DNA of 5,276 nucleotides from Candidatus Saccharimonadota bacterium (GTDB lineage Bacteria; Pseudomonadota; Gammaproteobacteria; Enterobacterales; Enterobacteriaceae): NCBI RefSeq assembly GCF_012562765.1, contig NZ_CP046227.1, positions 1 to 5,276 of the forward strand, read 5' to 3'. Shown piece by piece: positions 1 to 5,127 of this stretch (position 1 is its first letter; each line of letters starts with the position of its first letter). The notes under the pieces were generated by a model. It saw only the letters and a program-made list of their open reading frames with translations, ran no database searches and was not told where the DNA came from. The position numbers and the translations under genes were made by a program.

Positions 1-2808
1 ATGAGACAATTTTTTTATTTTTTTAAAAAATTTTTAATCTTATATTTAATAGATTTTAAATATAAGAAAAAATTTAATTTTAATACACAATTAAAATTAT
101 TCTTTATAATAATTTTTATGTTTATAAATAATATAAATCTTATGGCTGATCAATTAGATCATCAAAAAATAAACATTAATAAAAATTATTATTTAAAAAA
201 GAAAAACTATCATTCTTTAAATTTTTTATTCAAAAAAAATTTAGAGAAAAAGGAAAAAAATATATATTTTATTAATAGTAAAAATCTAAAAAATGATTCT
301 ATTGTAGATTTACCTAAAATTAATTTAGAATTAAATAATAAAAGAAAATTATATAAAAATATGTTTCCTAATGATGATGTTTCTATTGTTAAAAAATTAG
401 AATCATATAGTAATAATTTTGAAGAAAAAAATTTATTTGATTTTATATTAGAAACAAAAAGTATAATAGAAATAGGATTAAATAATAAGGAAAAATTATA
501 TAAAATATTACAAAATAATTTTTTAAATATAGCTAATGAAACATTAAATAATCAAATAAATTCTGGAATAAAAGATATATTTGGTTTATTTAATATAAAA
601 GGAAAAAGTTTATTTAGTTTAAATTTAGATGAAAATCTAACTTTAGAAAATTCAGAGATTAAAATTTTATTTCCTCTTTTTGAAAAAAATGAATATTTAT
701 TTTTTTTGCAAGATGGTATTCATAAATCTGATAATAGAAACCAAATAAATTTAGGAATTGGTTTTCGTAAATTTTATAAAGATTATATGTTAGGTATAAA
801 TAATTTTTTAGACTATGATATTTTTCATGAAAATACAAGAACTAGTATTGGTATTGAATATTGGCAAGATTTTTTTAAATTAAGTGCAAATGCTTATATT
901 AAATTAAGTGGTTGGACTCATTTAGATCAACAAAAAACATTTCCTAATGATGATTATATGCATCCAATTGAAAAAGATAAATTTTTTAATTATAATGAAT
1001 ATTATGAAAGACCTGCTAATGGATGGGATATTAGAATGGAAGGTATTTTTCCTAAAATACCGGAAATTACTTTAAAATTTTCTTATGAAAAATATTATGG
1101 GAATATAGGATTCAAGGAAAAAGTATTTAATCTTGAACATGAAAAATTATTTTTTCCGTACATAATGACTGCAGGGATTTCTTATAGACCTATACCTGCA
1201 TTAGTTTTTTCTTGTGGAAAAACATTAACTTTATCAGGAGAAAGTAATACTAATTTTGGTATTAGTTTAGAATTAAAATTTGGTACTCCTTGGAATAACC
1301 AAATTCATCCTAATAAATCAGTAATAAATAATACATCTTCTATTAAAAATAAAAGATATGATTTTGTAAATAGAAATGATAATATCATTTTAGAATATAG
1401 AAAAAAACATGTAATAAAATTTCAAATAATAAAAAAAATAGTTAATTATCCTGGTACTGAAAATTCTTTAAATATAAAAATTAATACAGTTAATCTTTTT
1501 AAAGGTTTAGTCTTTGATAATTTAGTTGAATTTAATAAAAATAATGGTTATATTAAGAAAGATATTGGTGATAATTATATTGTTGTATTGCCTAGTTATA
1601 ATTTTAAAAATGTTAATAAAAATCATTATTTAATAAAAATAACAGTTTTTGATGTAAATAATAATAGATCTACATCTTATGTAGATGTTATTGTGTTAAA
1701 ACCTCTTATAAATAAAAATTTTTCAACATTAACTGCTTTTCCTAAGCAAATAATAGTTGATAGAGAAGCTACAAAACTTACATTTGAAGCAAGAGATATG
1801 AATAATAATATAATTGCTAATATGAAAAATGTAGAATTTTTAATTGAAGAGGGAGTTGCTAATAAACTAAATGTTCGTTTTTCTAAAATAATTGAAAACC
1901 CTAAGGGTACATATACTTCTAAAGTAGTTGCTTTAGCTACTGCTAAACTTATTTTTAAAGTAAAAATAGATAAAAAAATTGATAAAAATTTATCTGATGT
2001 AGTAAATGTAATAAATCCTTCAGCAGATAATATTCAAATTATTGCTAGTACTTATAAAAGTAAAGTTAGTGATGCAGTTCGTATAACTATACTTGTTTTT
2101 AATAAAATGGGTAGTAGATTAGCTAATGCTCCGGTTAGAATGGAAACAAGATCTATTAAAGATCGTCAAGGTAAAATACGTAGTGATTCTGGTTTATTAC
2201 ATGTTCATAATCTAATAACCGGAGAAAAATCTACTGGTAGAAATTTTTTATTTCGTACAAACATTATTGGAGAAGTAGTTTTACGTCTGTCTGATCCGCA
2301 AGGTATCGGAGTAAAAACTGAATTAGAATTTATTGCTGATGATTATATCAGTAAAAGAGTATTTTTTACATTTACAGTTGTTACAAGTCCAGATTCTCCT
2401 GATGCAAATATGTACGGACATATGCAAGATATTATAGAAGTTAATAAAGTAAAATTTCTTAGACCTCCATTAATGCAAGAATATAGAGGAGATGTTGTTC
2501 GTCATCATTTAAATGAAGATTGGGCCGCTTTAACTTGGGATAATGGTATTTATTATTGTAGAACTCTTAAACATGGTGATATTCCAACAAAATATAAGTT
2601 AAAATATCTTTTAGATGCACATAGTAATGATATATTTACTGTTTATGGATGGCCTATAGTAAAAGATTTTGTTGAAGTTTGGACTTCTTCTTGGATATGG
2701 CAAGCTTATATTCCAAGACCTTACTATTATTATTATGATTTCGCAAAAAAAGAAGAAGTTGAAGGTATTAATAGTTCATCATTTGCGGTGACATGTGAAG
2801 TTAAATAA
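1..2808 (+). CDS. Inverse autotransporter adhesin of the intimin/invasin family (935 aa)
   Basis: The ORF runs 2,808 nt without a stop in DNA where stop codons arise easily. The N-terminus looks like an extended signal peptide (aa ~1-49), with n-region KYKKK, h-region LFFIIIFMFI and c-region NLMA|DQ. Residues ~215-450 carry the inverse-autotransporter beta-barrel signature: LGINNFLDYD, RTSIGIEYWQDFFKLSANAYIKLSGW, and YYERPANGWDIRMEGIFPKIPEITLKFSYEKYYG. From memory, intimin/invasin have YEERPAxGWDIRAE...YEQYYGD at the equivalent place. The barrel-plug linker RYDFVNRNDNIILEYRKK (aa 452-469, nt 1354-1407) matches the remembered RYDLVERNNNI(V/I)LEYKKQ. Residues ~470-795 look like about three Ig-like Big_1-type repeats, for example STLTAFPKQIIVDREATKLTFEARDMNNNIIANMKNVEF. 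Residues ~795-935 (nt 2383-2805) resemble the lectin-like tip domain, with Cys853 and Cys932 placed like the intimin/invasin disulfide. The start at nt 1 is the first ATG of the ORF; a start at the alternative Met40 would remove the n-region. Confidence 0.85.
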   Translation: MRQFFYFFKKFLILYLIDFKYKKKFNFNTQLKLFFIIIFMFINNINLMADQLDHQKININKNYYLKKKNYHSLNFLFKKNLEKKEKNIYFINSKNLKNDSIVDLPKINLELNNKRKLYKNMFPNDDVSIVKKLESYSNNFEEKNLFDFILETKSIIEIGLNNKEKLYKILQNNFLNIANETLNNQINSGIKDIFGLFNIKGKSLFSLNLDENLTLENSEIKILFPLFEKNEYLFFLQDGIHKSDNRNQINLGIGFRKFYKDYMLGINNFLDYDIFHENTRTSIGIEYWQDFFKLSANAYIKLSGWTHLDQQKTFPNDDYMHPIEKDKFFNYNEYYERPANGWDIRMEGIFPKIPEITLKFSYEKYYGNIGFKEKVFNLEHEKLFFPYIMTAGISYRPIPALVFSCGKTLTLSGESNTNFGISLELKFGTPWNNQIHPNKSVINNTSSIKNKRYDFVNRNDNIILEYRKKHVIKFQIIKKIVNYPGTENSLNIKINTVNLFKGLVFDNLVEFNKNNGYIKKDIGDNYIVVLPSYNFKNVNKNHYLIKITVFDVNNNRSTSYVDVIVLKPLINKNFSTLTAFPKQIIVDREATKLTFEARDMNNNIIANMKNVEFLIEEGVANKLNVRFSKIIENPKGTYTSKVVALATAKLIFKVKIDKKIDKNLSDVVNVINPSADNIQIIASTYKSKVSDAVRITILVFNKMGSRLANAPVRMETRSIKDRQGKIRSDSGLLHVHNLITGEKSTGRNFLFRTNIIGEVVLRLSDPQGIGVKTELEFIADDYISKRVFFTFTVVTSPDSPDANMYGHMQDIIEVNKVKFLRPPLMQEYRGDVVRHHLNEDWAALTWDNGIYYCRTLKHGDIPTKYKLKYLLDAHSNDIFTVYGWPIVKDFVEVWTSSWIWQAYIPRPYYYYYDFAKKEEVEGINSSSFAVTCEVK

Positions 2809-2866
2809 TTTTATTTAAGTATTATTAATATGTAAAACTATTTTTAAAAAATATATAGTTAAATTT

Positions 2867-2905
2867 GTCAAAATTTAATAGAATTAAATTCTATTAAATT
2901 TTGAC
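2867..2905. terminator. Perfect 19-bp inverted repeat between convergent genes; probable bidirectional rho-independent terminator
   Basis: gtcaaaatttaatagaatt (2867-2885) is the exact reverse complement of aattctattaaattttgac (2887-2905), with one central base at 2886. On the + strand it is followed by atttttaattttt, a T-run suited to terminating the adhesin transcript. It lies 59 nt after the adhesin stop and only 4 nt beyond the pheA stop (2910-2912 on the - strand). The stem is almost all A:T, with G/C pairs only at its base, and the T-run on the - strand is poorer (aaattt). Confidence 0.55.
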
Positions 2906-2909
2906 ATTT

Positions 2910-3596
2910 TTAATTTTTAGTTAATACTAAAAATTTTGTTGTATTATCTATTTTATTTGATAAAGATGGAGTTTTTATTATATTTAAATTAAATAATTTT
3001 GCTGTTTCTTTATTTCCTATAGCAGCAAAATTATTTAATTTAAATATAAATAATTTTTTTATTGCATCAGCAGTACTATTACAAATATTTTTTTTCCAAA
3101 AAGGATGTTTATTAATAAATATACTACACTGTTTAAATGGTTCGGAATGGCTAAAAATATTATCAATGTCATTAATATTAGTAAATTTATTATATGAAAT
3201 TAAACGATGTTTAATTGGAATTTTAAATTGATAAAAAATTTTCAGAGAGCTATGTTTTAATAATTTATTTACTTCCTTTATTATCCCAGAACAACTATTT
3301 TCTATAGGTACTATAGCAAAATTAATAATATTTCTTTCCATAGAAAAAAATAATTCAGAAAAATTATTACAGCTTACATTGAAAATTTTTTTTCTAGAAA
3401 AAAAATTTTCAATGTAAGCTAAAGTAGCTAAATAAGAATAAGTACCTTGAGGACCTAAAAAAGCTATACTAATAATAGAATTATTCTTTTGAAGATTAGA
3501 AGAATAAACATGTTTTATAAAATATTTTAAATTATTAATTTTTATTTTATTTTTTGCAAAATAAAAACTAAATTTTGTACGGATATTATTAATCAT
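2910..3596 (-). CDS. pheA: Prephenate dehydratase catalytic domain only (pheA-derived; lacks a functional chorismate mutase domain and the ACT regulatory domain); an expressed remnant or pseudogene cannot be excluded
   Basis: The 228-aa product is collinear, with no net indels, with E. coli P-protein residues ~59-286 as I recall that sequence. [18 protein letters not shown] matches [46 protein letters not shown] matches [50 protein letters not shown] matches [41 protein letters not shown] matches [29 protein letters not shown] matches NFTRFVVLAR, so the TRF-motif threonine is retained as T220-K-F. Only ~43 aa precede IAFLGP, against ~100 in E. coli. The ORF stops right after the TRF strand, so no ACT domain or ESRP motif is present, and only ~100 nt of non-coding DNA follow. 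Confidence 0.8.
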   Translation of the reverse strand: [228 protein letters not shown]

Positions 3597-3658
3597 AAAT
3601 TATAATATAAAAAATTTTGAAAATATTTTTTATATTAGCATAAAAAAATAAAATATTC

Positions 3659-4522
3659 TTATTTTTTAATATGTACAAAATCATTAATATCAATTAAACA
3701 TTTCCATCCTGTTGCTAATGAAACTTCTTCAAGTGATTTTTTTAAATTTTGTCTAAATTTCCAAAGAATATTAATATTACTACCACAAAGTTTATGTAAG
3801 GTATTCACTCTATAAGGCAAAGGTATATTATGAGAACAATAAAAACAATGGATCCATTGTGATAATGATTTTCCTTTTAATTTTATTCTTTCTTTTAAAG
3901 AAACTCCTGTCCACATTGCATCAGAAAAAAAATAAATTATTTTTTTATTTAAAATAATTATATGTTCTTTTGTTTTTTCATTTCTATACCATTCATGTAA
4001 TAAATGACCCATATAAAAAATATTTTCATTTCTTATTTCTATACTACATACTGATAATCTAACTAAACAAGATTTTAACCATTCATAATCACTTTTACCA
4101 GTATTTCTATTTATTGATTTCAAAAAATCATAAGATTTAAATTTAACTTTTTCTCCTAAAGGAACATTTTTTAATCTATGTAAACATTCTAACCAAACAT
4201 CTAAATCAGACTGATCTAAACTTTCACCTGTAAAACGTATATAAATACCATTTAATGTTGTTTTTAAAATATTTTTTTCATATTTTCTATGACCTTTTTT
4301 AATAACACCAAATAATGAACTACGTAACATTATATTAGGTACTGCTCTTTTACTATTTGGAATTATGGGCATTCTTTTTTTAATGAAAAAACTTTCATCT
4401 TTATTTAAAAAATTAGATGAATTAAATATCTTTTCTTTATTTTTATTACAAAAAGAAATATTATTGTTACTTTTACTTTTACTAGCTAATTTAATAATTC
4501 TAGCATGCAAAGACTTATACAT
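3659..4522 (-). CDS. trfA: Plasmid replication initiator (Rep), TrfA family
   Basis: The 287-aa product is collinear with the RK2 TrfA core as I recall it. KRAVPNIMLRSSLF matches MRAMPNDTARSALF. IRFTGESLDQSDLDVWLECLHRLKNVPLGEKVKFKSYDFLKSI matches ITYTGVELRADDDELVWQQVLEYAKRTPIGEPITFTFYELCQDL. CLVRLSVCSIEI matches CLSRLQATAMGF. HNIPLPYRVNTLHKLCGS matches HREPYPLKLETFRLMCGS. WKFRQNLKKSLEEV matches KKWREQVGEACEEL. The C-terminal NDFVHIKK matches DDLVHCKR. The gene lies immediately downstream of an iteron array, the classic Rep/ori arrangement. An alternative in-frame start exists at Met51 (nt 4372-4370). Confidence 0.9.
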   Translation of the reverse strand: MYKSLHARIIKLASKSKSNNNISFCNKNKEKIFNSSNFLNKDESFFIKKRMPIIPNSKRAVPNIMLRSSLFGVIKKGHRKYEKNILKTTLNGIYIRFTGESLDQSDLDVWLECLHRLKNVPLGEKVKFKSYDFLKSINRNTGKSDYEWLKSCLVRLSVCSIEIRNENIFYMGHLLHEWYRNEKTKEHIIILNKKIIYFFSDAMWTGVSLKERIKLKGKSLSQWIHCFYCSHNIPLPYRVNTLHKLCGSNINILWKFRQNLKKSLEEVSLATGWKCLIDINDFVHIKK

Positions 4523-4627
4523 TAATAATAATTCTGTATTTAAGTTTATTATGTAAAACTTTATTATTAATCATAATAAAAAATTGTTTTTATAAATAAC
4601 TTTTTTTAGATAAACACATAAAATGTT

Positions 4628-4656
4628 ATTTTCTAATAATTTTTAATAAATGTCAA
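4628..4656 (-). promoter_or_regulatory. Candidate sigma70 promoter for the rep gene
   Basis: On the - strand a perfect TTGACA (4656->4651) is followed by a 17-nt spacer and then GAAAAT (4633->4628), a 4/6 match to TATAAT. The element lies between the iterons and the rep ATG at 4522. A perfect -35 hexamer stands out because G and C are rare here. However, -10-like strings are everywhere in this composition, so the pairing is weak evidence. Confidence 0.35.
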
Positions 4657-4729
4657 GTTATAAAACAATTTTTTAAAAGATAAATAAAATATTTTTTAAT
4701 TATGATAATAAGGGGTGGGTAATCAATAC

Positions 4730-4894
4730 TAGACTCGGGATAACAAGTAGCTAGACTCGGGATAACAAGTAGCTAGACTCGGGATAACAAGTAGCTAGAC
4801 TCGGGCTAGACTCGGGATAACAAGTAGCTAGACTCGGGATAACAAGTAGCTAGACTCGGGATAACAAGTAGCTAGACTCGGGATAACAAGTAGC
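4730..4894. repeat. Iteron array: 7 identical 22-bp direct repeats (tagactcgggataacaagtagc) plus one 11-bp half repeat
   Basis: Full copies lie at 4730-4751, 4752-4773, 4774-4795, 4807-4828, 4829-4850, 4851-4872 and 4873-4894. They are head to tail with no spacers and no mismatches. A truncated unit, tagactcgggc, sits at 4796-4806 between copies 3 and 4. The total length of 165 bp equals 7x22+11. Each unit has 10 G/C out of 22 positions, a sharp G+C island in very A+T-rich DNA. The array lies directly upstream of the TrfA-family gene. Confidence 0.95.
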
Positions 4895-4962
4895 TAAAAA
4901 TAATAATTAAATTACGTAAATATTTGATTTAACAAATATTATTTTATTTAAAGTAAATGCAT

Positions 4963-4988
4963 ATAATCTTTTATAATCTTTTATAATC
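4963..4988. repeat. 10-bp tandem repeat ataatctttt x2.6 in the A+T-rich origin flank
   Basis: The copies are ataatctttt (4963-4972), ataatctttt (4973-4982) and ataatc (4983-4988). They lie about 70 bp from the last iteron, where A+T-rich repeats of a DNA unwinding element would be expected. Short tandem repeats can also arise by slippage in low-complexity DNA. Confidence 0.4.
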
Positions 4989-5118
4989 AAAAAAATATAA
5001 AAAAATATATTTTTTAAAATATATATTAAATACACATAAATATTTTTCTTATAAATACTTGAAATAAATAAAAAAAAAGTTATAATAAAAGCAATGATGT
5101 ATTTCATAAAAAATTTTA

Positions 5119-5127
5119 TGTGTATTA
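5119..5127 (-). promoter_or_regulatory. DnaA-box-like 9-mer (weak candidate)
   Basis: The + strand reads tgtgtatta, so the - strand reads TAATACACA, an 8/9 match to the relaxed DnaA box TTATNCACA. It lies in the origin-flanking A+T-rich region. A single imperfect site is weak evidence. Confidence 0.2.

Noticed and set aside
2901-2930. TTGACA at 2901-2906 (+), mirrored as TGTCAA at 2866-2871, as a possible promoter -35 element
   Set aside because: Both hexamers are part of the palindromic terminator stem. The best -10 candidate at 17-18 nt (atacta/tactaa) is poor. A promoter here would fire antisense into pheA or the adhesin gene with nothing to express.
4365-4556. 63-aa ORF on the + strand (MGILFLMKKLSSLFKKLDELNIFSLF...LLLLLLL...)
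   Set aside because: It lies entirely antisense to the 5' end of the well-supported TrfA-family gene. Its leucine run is simply the complement of the K/S/N-rich codons of that gene, so it is a shadow ORF with no independent support.
4708-4729. ataaggggtgggtaatcaatac as an eighth, degenerate iteron copy
   Set aside because: Position-by-position identity to the 22-bp unit is low, and only a gapped, subjective alignment (gggtaatcaa vs gggataacaa) looks similar. I kept it only as a G-rich box of unknown role within the origin feature.
4730-4894. Regular direct repeats that might be taken for a CRISPR array
   Set aside because: The units are contiguous with no spacers and are only 22 bp long. 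No cas genes or leader are present. Their position next to a Rep gene fits iterons instead.
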